A stretch of 64,000 nt of DNA, from assembly GCA_965287045.1 (NCBI GenBank), contig OZ336878.1:105586001-105650000 (forward strand), given 5' to 3'. The position numbers were made by a program, and so were the translations under genes. Positions 51,601 through 63,737 of this stretch are shown in pieces. Position 1 is the stretch's first letter; every line of letters starts with the position of its first letter. The notes under the pieces are model-generated. The model worked only from the letters and a program-made list of their open reading frames with translations. It was not told the DNA's origin and did not search any database. The stretch is from Carcharhinus amblyrhynchos. Taxonomy: Eukaryota.

Positions 51601-53264
51601 GTCTGAGAATGCATCGCTGACAAAACAACGTTACGTACTTTTTAAATAATGCTTTGTCTCCGAACTCAAGCATGTTCACCCTCCTTGATCACCGCGTGTC
51701 GCTGTGTTATCTTCGTTGCGGATCAACGTTCTTTTCTTTCACCCAGACCTGTTGATTCCACACAACCCTAGTTCAATGCATTCCACCGACCCCCATTAGC
51801 CTCGCCGAATGACATTTGTGCTCAAGGTTATGAGGTTAAGTGAGTGGTGTTGGAGGATATATGGTAAATACATTTGCGATAACAACACTGACCTTTGGGA
51901 ATAATACAGGTTGTCGATATGAGTAGGGCTGAATATTTTCTATGGCGGTTATATGATGTATTGGAGATGGAGTGTTCTTGGGCAGTGAGGTATGGATTGC
52001 TAACCATTGACTGTCGGTTTGGTCTTGGCGCGATATTATTATGAAGTGGCAGTGAGAAAAAATAGAGGTTATTCTGTGCATGCGGACACGTGCGCGAGCA
52101 ATGAGGTGCATGTTCGTTCAGTGAGGTGGGGGAGAGGGCGGATGGGGTATCGCAAAGTATTGCACAGACAGGTGAGATTTTCCCATGTGCGTGAGGGTGT
52201 GATGGATTGGCGCTGTGTGTACGTTTGATATTGTTGGTGTGCATTGTCCTTTGTTTTGGGAGGATAGGGTTTGATTTATGCTTCAGGTCATTTGTATAAA
52301 ACTTCACTGTTGGGGACGGTGTGGCCGTGGGTGGTGGTGGTTGGTTGGGGGTGGAGTACTCCAGCTGGAAAGAAAAATCATACTAAACCAGTGGGGGAAA
52401 GCAAAATGACTAGAATATTAATCAAACGTCTCAATTCCTATTTACAGAGCTGAACATGCAAATAGAAGAAGCGGGGGGTGGGGGCGGGGGGAACAAATAT
52501 GTCCTCTTCGTTTCATGGGGAAACTGCGATGGATTTTCTTGAAGTTGACTGTCATTGCAAGAAAAGTTGGAACGTTCAAAGCCGGCAATTCAGTCACATA
52601 GCTGTTACTTTTTTGGGCACTGCTTTTTTTTTTAGACTTTCAACTCTATGTAGATTAAATGGAGATCTGCATAGAAAAGGAAATGATTGGCAAAGCGGCA
52701 TCATCACCGATGCAGTATACCGCATAAGGTTAATTGGAAAACTGGATGTGGCAAGCGTGGTATGATTAACAAGGTAATTTGGAGACAGGAACATTGACCA
52801 GCAAGACGGAAACTGTGCAAAGATTGAGGTGAATGACGTGGTAGGTGGGCAGAGTGAAACATGGGTACAGTAACATTACTGTGCTGTTGTAGGTCGCGTG
52901 GTGGCTGTTGTTGGGATAGCAGATACGAAATGCGCAGGATGTCACAGAAGAGTGACGAGAGAAGGCAATTTACGTGTGCAGACAAGCATATCACCTATGT
53001 GTACCGAAGCTGTGTAGTGAGTGTAAATGTCCACAAGGTTGGACCTTGTTGAGCGGATGGTCGCAAATATTCAGATGACAACTGAAATGGGAGAACATAA
53101 TTAGGTTGTTGGGTGGATCGCGTCAGAATGTGCTCTCATAATAGGTCATAGATCGGGTTCATCACATTCACGTGATGGTGTGAATTCGGGAACCATTGGA
53201 CATGCTGAGTAATGACTTCCAGCCAGATGAAGTGACAGGATAAGGGCTGGAGTGGTGGCGATTT

Positions 53265-53617
53265 CTTATTTATTCATCCGTGTAGAATGCGCATGGTTAG
53301 CTGCCCAGCAGATTTGTCAATCCCAAATTGGCCGATTGACAATTGAAAATAAACCACATTTGGATGGTTCTGCAGTGACACGTACACTAGACCCGGTAAA
53401 GACGGCAGGTTCCATTCATTAAAGGACCCGAGTGAACCAAATGGATATTTGCGAAAATCTACAGTGGTTTCATGTTCTTCAATAGCTTTTTAGTTCCAGA
53501 CATATTTTCACTGAATACAAATTCTACTATCTGCCGTGGTGGGATTTGAAATCGGGTCCCCAGGTCATTACCTGAATTCTGGATAAATAGCCTAGCGATA
53601 ATACCAATAGGCCACTA
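53265..53617 (-). mobile_element. Second tRNA-headed SINE family, degenerate
   Basis: Reverse complement begins gtggcctattggtattatcgctagg..ctggggacccgatttcaaatcccaccacggcag (A/B-box-like). Confidence 0.6.
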
Positions 53618-56062
53618 TTAAGTGCAAATGGTGACAATTCAGGGAGATGAAGTTACTCCGCATCAGTAGCCTGCCATTTGTTTGGACAGGAGTTTGACCT
53701 GATTGTTTTTTTTTTGCTCTGCTCTCCGATTCAAACACACTTATGGATGTCCTATATATGTTTTTTTTTCCCACTCGGACGTAAGGCTCGAGTCATTCCC
53801 GAAGTGTATTGCCAAGCAACGCAATTGGTAATGGTAATTATAAACTTCCAGTTCTTTCTCATGGAATCCGCGGCTGGAGACTATTTTATATCCGAAGTAT
53901 GCTCAATATCAGGCCAACCAGAAATCGAAATATATTGGAATGTCTGCATTAGTGCTTGTGTGTGCATGTCAATCTTCAACGATTGACCCCTCCAGTCTTG
54001 GAGCTGTGCGGCTAACACTTAGCTGGCCGACGAAACAGCACATAGTAAACATCGCAAACACGTACGGGTTGTAACCTTGTAATGTCGCGCCTGAGCACCA
54101 TGCAATTATGTTGAGACATCTGTCGCTGATTCAGTGGATTAGTGCTACCATATTTTGACTAATTATTAAATGGAGCACGTCGAAACATTTCTGGAGCAGT
54201 TGCCAAAAGATCAAATTACCACCCCTAAACTAACACGGGAAATTAAATTCCTAGGCACTTAATGAAAATCTTAAGGACAGGGATGGCCATTCATGTTATC
54301 AATGTTTTTCAAAAACGTGGACATTTGTCATTCAATTAATGTGACTGTGTTTTCATGCCTTTAGCGACTTTGTTTTAATAGGTTAATGATACTTCAGATT
54401 TGAAAGGAAATATGTGGCCTCGGTTTGGCTGTCCCTGTCTATTCTCTTCGATCCCCCTCAAAATTAGCGTAAAACGTGACAGAGCCCAGCTGAGCTTCAT
54501 CGAATGGCAGCAGGTTCAGTAAATTCCGAAAAGTTACACGCAGTTCACGTTTAATGAAATGAGGGAACTGTAACGCTACTGTTCATTCTCATTTTATCCA
54601 TGATGCCAAAATAATTGAGTATTATCGGTAGTTGTGTCAAGACTCTGATTAAAAAAAAACGCAAATTTGTGCCTTTGAATTGTGAACGATCTGTGGTAAC
54701 GAAATGTGAATTTTTGGCAAATATGAAATCCGCTTTTATTTTGCGAGAGGATACTAACTCAATTTGATTAAATTCCCTGTACTGATTTCTTTACTTTGTT
54801 TGTTTCAGATTATTGGACGAACATATGAAACCGATTGGTATGGTGTCCAAACTGCCTTTCATCGACTCAACTCGAATTTTAATGTTACAAAAATACTGGC
54901 ATATCAATTGCTCACCGGTTCTCATTCCCGCAACGAACTTTTTTTTTGTTTTAATAGAACAACAAATCACTTCACCTCAAGGTTTGTCATTTTTTTTTCA
55001 TTGTTCACCTTTTCACATAGACTAATCAGAATGTTGAGAAATTCCATGGAAATACGTAAGACTACTCGTTTTCCTTTTGATTGATTCTCCGTTTTTTTTT
55101 AAGATCTCTTATCCCCGATTATTGACCTACTCACGAGAGGAAAAAAAACTTCATATACATTCATCTGCCCTTTCATCAACTTTCCGCTTATCTCACAAGT
55201 ATATTGTGCAACAATTTCTAGTTGAATAGACTTGAAAAAATAACTGCTTGTAGTGACACCTTTTTTTCCTATTGACGGTCTAAATTTTCACAACATAAGG
55301 GCGCATGTATATTTCAGAAACTTTTGAAACTTCCATTGTGATTCGAAATGGTTTGAGTATGTGGATCCGCAATTCTCTCATTTCATCTGAATTCACCATG
55401 CTGCAAAACGAGAGTAAAATAAATGATTCTTGAGTCATGGTATTACCAGGAAGTGTGAAATTGCGTAATGCATTTCTTTTGGTTACTGCATAGGCATGAC
55501 TGTGCTGGTTTCCTGGAGCCTCCGAAAAATAACGCAAACAAAATATGGCAGGAAAAGTAAGCAGTTGCTACTAAACCTGTCTATTTTTTGTTCTTCCACT
55601 GAAAGCTCATTGTGCAACTAAATAAGGCCATTACAAGATGAACATTTGTCATGTCATCTTTCATTAAGAAAATGTGGAACGTATTAAATTGCCAGTTCTC
55701 TTCGCAGATAAAGTTGCATCATCATTGAAACAAACATTCCCGCCTTCCTATTGTAACTGAAAATTATGCTCCATAAATGTTATGTCTAATTATCGAACTT
55801 TATCGTTAACATCAATGTTCTTTCTTACACACTCGCGCATTTTATTCCGTCTGTAAAGATGTGTGCTGTAGATTTTTATTGATAGATGCACAACTGAGCG
55901 TCCGTTCGGCTGCATATTTCCGAGGTTCTGTGGAAAAATAAATTCCATCGCCAATTAATCGGTATTAAATACGTTCGCCTTGCATTTCATGTTTTGATGA
56001 TATCAAAGTCCAAATTATTATTTGTTTTCATAACCGAGAATTTATCAATTTTACCTACTCAC

Positions 56063-56089
56063 CATCGGATTTCAGCTTTTCATCCAACT
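56063..56089 (-). CDS. Microexon B3, 27 nt, (E)LDEKLKSD
   Basis: ttatcttttag|AGTTGGATGAAAAGCTGAAATCCGATG|gtgagt. Confidence 0.8.
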
Positions 56090-56185
56090 CTAAAAGATAA
56101 TCATACAAAATAATTATGTTTCACTGTTTTTTTTCCTTAAGAGTCACCAGAAAAACAGTTCAAACCTATGGAAGTTAAGGCAATT

Positions 56186-56588
56186 CATAAGAACATAACA
56201 TAAGAACATAAGAAATAAGAGCAGGAGTAGGCCATCTAGCCCTTCGAGCCTGCCCCGCCATTCAATAAGGTCATGGCTGATCTGTCGTGGCTCACTTCCA
56301 CTTTCCCGCCCTCTCCCCATAACCCTTAGTCCCCTCGCTTATCAAAAACCCATCAACCCGCGTCTTAAAAATGTTTAGCGAGGCAGCCTCCACCACTTCA
56401 ACGGGCAGAGAATTCCAGAGATTCACTACCCTTTGAGTGAAGAAGTTCCTCCTCAACTCCGTTCTAAACCGCCCCCCCACCCCTTTATCTTGAGGCTGTG
56501 CCCTCTAGTTCTACTGTCCTTACTGAGCGGGAAGAGTCTCTCCACCTCTACCCTATCCATCCCATTCATCATCTTATATGTCTCAATG
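56186..56588 (-). mobile_element. Short 3' fragment of the young CR1, in the A3-B3 intron
   Basis: ORF 56292..56480 RFRTELRRNFFTQRVVNLWNSLP; cataagaa tail. Confidence 0.95.
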
Positions 56589-56606
56589 TAGTGAAAATGA
56601 GTTTAC

Positions 56607-56633
56607 CTCTTACTGTCGCCGCCAACTTCGCTT
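56607..56633 (-). CDS. Microexon A3, 27 nt, (E)AKLAATVR
   Basis: ggttttgtttctag|AAGCGAAGTTGGCGGCGACAGTAAGAG|gtaaac. Confidence 0.8.
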
Positions 56634-58285
56634 CTAGAAACAAAACCGCAAAGTATGTTAAGCGCTATGAAGACTTTAAACATTATTGTCTGGCATAATG
56701 TCTTTCAAATGATCCTCGACTGAGGTGTAAAGGCACTGTGAGCACACAAGTCAACATTGCAAAGACTTATTCTGTATAAAATATTTATAACTACAGAATT
56801 AGCAGTTCCGCAGGTGCAGTACCGAAATCAAATGAGAGACGATCTATGCGCTGTCACGAAATTGAGTGCTGGGATCCTTTTCATTTATCAGAATTTGGAA
56901 TAAAGTTGACAAAGCCGCAGCTCCAGCCACTATATTCACGGCGCTCATTTAAAGCATCCGTTATCCCTAAATTTTCCAGGAATTGAAACGTGCATCGATC
57001 ATTGGGATGAGGAGGTAGATTAACTTAAACAGCCAATTTCCTCCTTTCACAACCATCTGGAAAACAAATGTAGTTTTGCTTTGCTTCCCACTTCGTAAGC
57101 AGTGGCCTATTTCCCAATTCATCTTTTTGTTGTGTTGAAATTTCTGCTAAAAACCCTTCGATGATCTCGAAATAGCATGAGAAGAAATGGTCATCTTATT
57201 ATCGCACAGACAAATGAGGCAGACAAGTCTGACTGTGTATTCATTCTGCAAACTAGAGATGGATTAAAAACAAGGAACAAAAATTATAGAGCATATGACT
57301 ACCGATATACGTGGTTCAATCGTCAAAATCAAAGCCAATTTATGCATTCATTCCCAAATATTTGCAGGCTAATGACTGTTTCGGTATAACTAACTTTCCC
57401 AGAAAAGAATACTTCCAGGGTCAGGGAGCTCCAGGCGTGGTATCAGCCTGAAGGTGATGTTACAAGACTTCCAGTAGATTGAACGTAAAAGAAGTTAGTT
57501 ATTCAAACTTACCGAGTGTCCTCTACGTACAGACAGTTTAAAAGGATTTGCACCGGCAGAATGACTGAATGCAGTGTATACATTCGAATAGTAGGCTCGT
57601 AATTTAATTTCTGCATCCTTCATGTTTCCTTCGTATCGCTTCAGTTATAATAAGATGTACATTTCTTTCCAACACTCAGATAGCTGATTTTGATTAGTGG
57701 CAAAAATAAAAAAAGGAAAACAGTCTTCTTGTTTTTCTTGCAGTGTTAATAATTAACATTTAGCCATTCCTTAAAAAAATGCAATCTTTTCTTCCAAACT
57801 TAGAAACATTCTATTGAAATTCTGGTATTGATGGGTGGTCATTGTTCGCTGTTGATTGACAGAACAGGCCTTCTGTAAAAGGGTTTGAGTTGGAAATGGA
57901 AACAGTCATATTATTAATTGTGTAGTTCCACTGTTGGTACACTATAACTAACGATTGTAATTATAATATCTTTCCGCACTTTCTTGTTCTTTCCTCCTAC
58001 TTCTTTGTAACAACAAAATAACAGACTTCAAACAGTCACTTAGCATAAGCTGTTTTCTTCAGCTCAGGCATATTACCGAGCTTGAACCTTTTTTTTAGCA
58101 GCACTGCCCATTTTCCATTCCTTTGAATTCACATTAGCCATCCACTTCATAATCGCTGGATTTGCAAAAGTAGTTAAACCTAAAATAGCGTACACAATTT
58201 TCAGTTGCCAGTGCTATAATTAGTATGATGGTTAGCAATAACGTTATGGTACGCTTTATGTTCGCTTGAAGATGAGATCAGTCAC

Positions 58286-58321
58286 CTGTTTCTTTCTGCA
58301 AGGTTTGTAATATCCTTATCT
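58286..58321 (-). CDS. Microexon C3, 36 nt, (E)IRILQTLQKET
   Basis: tttatttttttcag|AGATAAGGATATTACAAACCTTGCAGAAAGAAACAG|gtgact. Confidence 0.8.
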
Positions 58322-59342
58322 CTGAAAAAAATAAACGAAATTTCATACAAATATGTCCCTTTATGCTCAATTAAGACATTTTTGTTATTATGGCATGGCA
58401 CGTTTGCTATTTCTAAACTATGGTGTATTAAGAATTAACTACTTAGTCTGCACAGTGTTTAGAATGCAGGTCAGTATTTTTTCAAGCGGGAAAATGCTAC
58501 GTAATGATGTCTCTTAATCGTCTCTTCCTCACACACATGCAGAAGCTACTGTCAGAAACTATACTACCGCAAGCTCACCGATGATTTTCACTGCAGCAAA
58601 GTACCCTGCAAATACTTACAGTCTGCACTCTACCCCAAATACTCCCAGCCTTCTTGTTCCGCAAGCCACGCAGTCCAGTCTCCATTGCGGAAATTGAACT
58701 CTTCCGCCCACCATAAATGCTCGCCGAATGCTCCCCATGATACTGCAACAACGTTGAGCCATTCTCCAACAGGCAGCCGCAACGCAGGAGAAGACTTCAG
58801 CAGGAGAATTAGTTGCGTAAGATAATTGTTTTACCTTTTGCTATTTAGACGTCATCGTCGTTGCTGACTTGCAGAGGTGTGAGTATGAACAACGCATTTA
58901 TTTTCGGTGACACTTTTGACTTTGACCACACTTGGGAAGTGAGGGACAGTTGGATAAACATTGTCGGCCCCAAAAACACTGTTGCAAAAGTAAGTAGTAC
59001 CAAAAAAACTAAGTTCCTGAGCTACGTATAACGATGAGTTTGTCAAAATGATAATATGCTTGCCCTGAGCGTGGTTTTCGAGCAGTGAGCGGAGAGGGAA
59101 ACTGCGTTTCACTTCGTGGGTAGATGGCGTGACTGTGTTAAGGGCAGGGCGGCGGGGTTGGGAGGAGGGGGTGGGGGAGGGTAGCATGGAGAGGTGCGGT
59201 GATCGTGTGTATTGTCGCGCTCGCGTGAACGTGGAGTTCCTTGACACTGCGTGATACGTTTTAATGTGTGTTCGTGAGCGGGTTTTGCACATCTCCAGGA
59301 TACCTTTAAGCGAATCCATCGTAGGGAGGTGTGGGGGGAAGG

Positions 59343-59387
59343 AGTGTGTGTGTGTGTGTGTGTGTGTGGTTGGGGGGGGGGGGGGGG
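59343..59387 (+). repeat. (GT)n followed by a G run
   Basis: Directly visible. Confidence 0.9.
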
Positions 59388-60724
59388 CGGTTCCGGATAT
59401 AAAAGCAACATTAATACGCACATTCTTCCTATTTTCTGGAATGTTAATCAAATTCAAAATGCGCGCATTTTTCTTCCTACTTTCTGGGGCAATTTTCAAT
59501 GGGTGGCTCTAAACTTCAATGTTATTGAAAGCAACGTTGGAAAACGGAACGGCGACAATGAGCTCCGTAACTACCGTAATGACACTGAAAGCCGCATTCT
59601 GCAATTAAAGCATTGAAAAGTCAGAACGTTTAGTTTTCGAGCTGCTGGTCGGGCAGTAACTTTGGTGAAGGTGCATGTTGCGAAAAATAAATGGTTAATG
59701 CCTCACACGAGAAACGAACAAGATAAAAAGTGTGGCTTTATAGGAAAGCAGGTGGATTACCCGGTTGTTGAACAAAATCGTAGGTGGATAGAGAAAAAAA
59801 AACTGGTAGAGTAGAAATTAAGCGCTGTGCTAGGTCGTTGTGAGTGGAACCAATCATAGGGTGCGAAGATTTATAAACCTGTAGACATTAAGGCACTGAT
59901 AGAACTAGCAGCATTCTGTTAAATTAATTTTAATATAAGGTTAAGAGCTGACAAGAAGCATTTGCGCATACAAGAATCAGTATTTGATTCAAACGTTTTA
60001 TTGTTTCGAAGGAATGTTGTCCACTTTAGTAAAATCAGTCTATTGCTCGGCATCGAGCTAAAAACACGTTAGAATGAAACCATTTTTCGAGAGATTAACT
60101 GAGCCTTGGACATATACATGTCGCATCAGCTAAAATCTTGTTTGGAAAGAACGTGTGGAGCATTTGACCACATTTCATAACTACGGTTTATTCACTGCCT
60201 GAGCGAGATGCCCTGGTGCCTAGACGAGCTTTCACAAGTTTCATTGCTTTGACAGTGACTATTAAGGGGCGTTTATTTGAACTTTGGGCTGAGCGTTTAA
60301 AGCTATTAAGCGACAGTATATTGGGCTCAGCCAAGGCAGGAGCCAACTTCCGGATTTCATGGGCTAATAGTGTACTGTTATGCCGTGAAGGGAGATGTGA
60401 ATGGTTCAATCTTTGACAGCGTTATTGTTGATCTGAGCATTTTGAAGATGATTGATTTAAAGTTCCTGAAAGATGGGAGTGATTGATAAAAAATAAGTCT
60501 GTCCTTGATTGTAAATGTTAGATTCGTCACAGAGGTTTTGTTGCTCTTTGTCAGACCTAGAAAATCCTTTGACGAACTGCTGATGGCCGTTGGTTTAAAT
60601 AAAGTTACGCATTTATTCAGAGGTGCACCTCGCAAGTCTTGCATTCTGTAAACATTAGGCGTCACTGGCCACTTTGTTTAATTCACCCACAGTCACTATG
60701 CTGTATAACCTGGCAGTTTGGAAG

Positions 60725-61590
60725 TGCAGTAAGAGGTCTCACAACGCCAGGTTGAAATATAACCAATTTGATTGATAATTAACTCACAAGCTTTGGAGGT
60801 TTGCCCCTTCATCAGGTGAATGGAGAGTGTGGCCTCAGAGCATAAAACTTCACACACAGTTTACAGATTACTGATTAGAATGCGAGTCTTTGCAAGTAAC
60901 CGGCTATTCAAATCTTAAAAATGCAGACAGTGTGAGTGGAAAGAGCATTAGGCATAGGTTAAATAGATGTGAATTGTCTCCAGACAGTACAGTAAGTGAG
61001 GTTTTGCAAACCCAGGCAAGTCATGGGGGTTGCAGATAGTGCGGCATGAAACCAAGATTCCGGTTGAAACCGTCCTCATGTGTGCTGACCTTGGCTATCA
61101 GTCTCTGCTCAGCGACTCTGCGCTGTCGTGTGTCGTGAAGGCCGATTTGGAAAACGCTTCCCGAAGGTCAGAGGCCGAATGCCCGTGACCGCTGAAGTGT
61201 TCGCCATCAGGAAGGGAACAGTCTTGCCTGGTGATTGTCCAGCGATGTTCATTCATCCGTTGTCGTGGCTTCTGCATGGTCTGCTCCATGTACCATGCTT
61301 CGGGACATCCATTCCTGCAGCGTATTAAGTAGACAACATTGGCCGAGTTGCAAGAGCATGTGCCGTGTACCTGGTGGATGGTGTTTTCAACTGTGATTAT
61401 GTCATCCATGTCGATGATCCGGCATGTCTTGCAGAGGTTGCTTTGGCAGGTTTGTGTGGTGTTGTGGTCACTGTTCTCCTGAAGACTGGGTATTTTGCTG
61501 CGAACAATGGTCTGTTTGAGATTGTGCGGTTGTTTGAAGGCAAGAAGTGGGGGCGTGGGGATGGCCCTGGCGAAATGTTCAGTTTGGAAA
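60725..61590 (-). mobile_element. Penelope-like element 3' part (GIY-YIG endonuclease remnant plus terminal repeat)
   Basis: ORF 61098..61664: PPLLAFKQPHNLKQTIVRSK..CKTC..CNSANVVYLIRC..AWYMEQTMQKPRQRMNEHR..HF..H; the YIG motif is degraded. Confidence 0.9.
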
Positions 61591-62574
61591 TGTTTCAGCA
61601 GTGTAAAAAGACGTGGTGGCAGTGCTAGGAAGAAAGCTACATTGCTATTCAGAGAGTCGACCACTGTCAGAATACGGCGCCTACCGTCGAATTCCCATCA
61701 GAGTTTCCACCCGAACAATGAGTCCACCACGGCAATTACAGACTATCCCGAATAAAACCCACAACACTAGCGATCTGCCTGGCCGGACGAATGTCCATCA
61801 AGGGCCTAGGCTTTCTTCCAGCATCGACGTGCCCGAACATTCCGACTACGGTCTATAACACTATTCCGCACCAACCTGATAGCAATGCATTTCCTCCCTC
61901 GTCATCTTACACTGATCTAACACATATTGCCGCTGTTCTAAACGCAGCTCCAAAATTTTCCTCAGTCCCTTCGCCAGCTAACTGTTCCATAACACTCACG
62001 CCAACTTCTCGACCTCTTTCCTTTTTTGCATTCTCCGTGGCTTCTGTTTATGCATTGTTACTCAGGTGCCATCAAGTTGCAGATACTGGGGTGACCAATA
62101 TCTGAAATCGTAGACTTGACTTCACTTTTCAAAGGCTATAAAAACTGCATTGGAGAGCCTTGGCAACGAGCTGAGCTCTACTTTTCATTGAAATCCCAGG
62201 CAGACGAATATCCGACATATACCTTTTTCATCGACTTTAGTAAGTCAATTATGCGCGGAATGGAAATCTATGTGATTGTAACTGATCAGATTTCTTCACC
62301 CCAAAACAAAAATGTGTTATGCATTGTTGAATTCCTGTTCGTTCTGGCAGATATAAGTGTTTTACAAAGCAACTTAATCAGTTGAATTAGTTTCGTGAAT
62401 ATATTGCTCAATCAACTTAGATGCGTGTTTCACCTCCCAGAATGGAAGAGCAAACAGATGTTGAAACATGATGCGTTTGATTAGCATCATTTGTTGCTTC
62501 AAATTTAATTAAGATAATACATCAAGATAATCATTCAAGCTGCACTGACAATTTTGATTAAAGCTTAAGTTCAA

Positions 62575-62862
62575 TTATCACTGTAACAATTAAGCTTGCA
62601 TTAACACTGTAATGAAGGTATTGTTAAAATTCCCCAGTCACCAAACTCTGGCTCTTCTTCGGGTTCACTAAGGGACGATTTAGCACAGTCAATGCGTGCA
62701 ATCAGCACATCTTTCAGACTGTGAGAGAGAGCCTGTGCACCCGGAGGAAAACCACGCAGATATAGGGAGAACGCACAGATACGTAAACACAGTGACCTAA
62801 GTCAAGAAACGAAACATGTCTCTGGCGCTATGAGGGAGCACTGCTAAATACAGTGCCACCGT
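62575..62862 (-). mobile_element. tRNA-derived SINE
   Basis: Reverse complement of the SINE at 42812 (gcattaacactgtaatgaag..cacccggaggaaaaccacgcaga..tggcgctatgaggg..gtgccaccg). Confidence 0.85.
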
Positions 62863-63223
62863 TGCAGTTGCACATCATATACAGCAAGATAATCAATTGA
62901 GTGCAGATACATGTCGGCAGTTGCAGTAATACTTCCAAAGTCTATATTTTTTCCTTGACTTATGACAGACAAATACCAAGGCAACAGAATCGTGAACGAA
63001 TAGATGAAACAATACAGTGGACGATTTGAATTGATTTATTATTGTTACAGGTATTAGTACACATTCAAAAGTATTGTTCTTTGCGCACTATACAGACAAA
63101 GCATAACCTTCATAGAGAAGGAAAGGAGAAAGTGGAGAAAATAGTTTTACAGTCATAGCTAATAAAAGGAAAACCATATAGGCTTGTTTTAAAATATTAT
63201 AATACCCAGCAATTTCGTCTTAC

Positions 63224-63244
63224 CATTGTCTTTCCTTTCTAATT
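63224..63244 (-). CDS. Microexon D3, 21 nt, (E)LERKDN
   Basis: tttcatttctggaacag|AATTAGAAAGGAAAGACAATG|gtaaga. Confidence 0.75.
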
Positions 63245-63685
63245 CTGTTCCAGAAATGAAATAATGTAAATGTGATTATTAGGAAAATGAAAAAAAATCC
63301 GACTGTTCCCATCCATTTATTGCCAGGGCAGTTATCAATTACCTCAATTAAATATAATGCCAATCCTTTAATATATCATCTAAAAATTTCATTGGAAAGA
63401 AGAAAATTTTCATCGAACATAAATTTTCTGAGCTGGTATTCGCTTCATATCATTTGCTGGCTTGTCTCCCCAACTCTCAAAATTCAGTTATAAGTTGCCG
63501 AGGACCACTTGTTTTTAAAGTGCATCTTTCAAGTGCTGCGTCACCTACGAGGTAACCAATGGACACCCCACCCCCACCCCAGATCTTACCCAACTTTTAA
63601 GGATATGGTGGTCAGATTTCATATTCTTCCATACGTATGTCTACGTTTCCATACTTTCCAGCATTCAGCATATGTCTGTCCTTAC

Positions 63686-63737
63686 CTACAAATAGCCGTG
63701 GTCGACATCACTTCCCACGCCTTTTGATAATCTCTCA
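63686..63737 (-). other. Candidate exon E3, 52 nt, frame unresolved
   Basis: cttacatcttgtag acceptor and TAG|gtaagg donor; positional and 3'-end similarity to 35671..35738. Confidence 0.35.

Larger units (their letters stand above)
802..63244 (-). other. Span of a coiled-coil microexon-array gene (or tandem paralogues), probably extending beyond both window ends; BG/butyrophilin-tail-like architecture
   Basis: 20 minus-strand AG..GT-flanked segments, all 3n long and open in phase 1, falling into mutually homologous classes. Phase 0 has stops in three C exons and phase 2 has stops in all three B exons. Confidence 0.75.

Noticed and set aside
58077-58103. 27-nt AG..GT segment (VLLKKRFKL)
   Set aside because: Purine-rich acceptor with no pyrimidine tract and no homologue in other cassettes.
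58579-58590. 12-nt candidate microexon (VKII); also 39-nt 55447..55485 and 24-nt 36913..36936
   Set aside because: Frame-compatible but unique and short; such hits are expected by chance in 64 kb, so they are left out pending RNA evidence.
58852-59499. 215-aa minus-strand ORF and CpG-richer stretch as a gene or promoter
   Set aside because: The ORF runs through (CA)n and C runs and has no domain signature; CpG enrichment is short with no other support.
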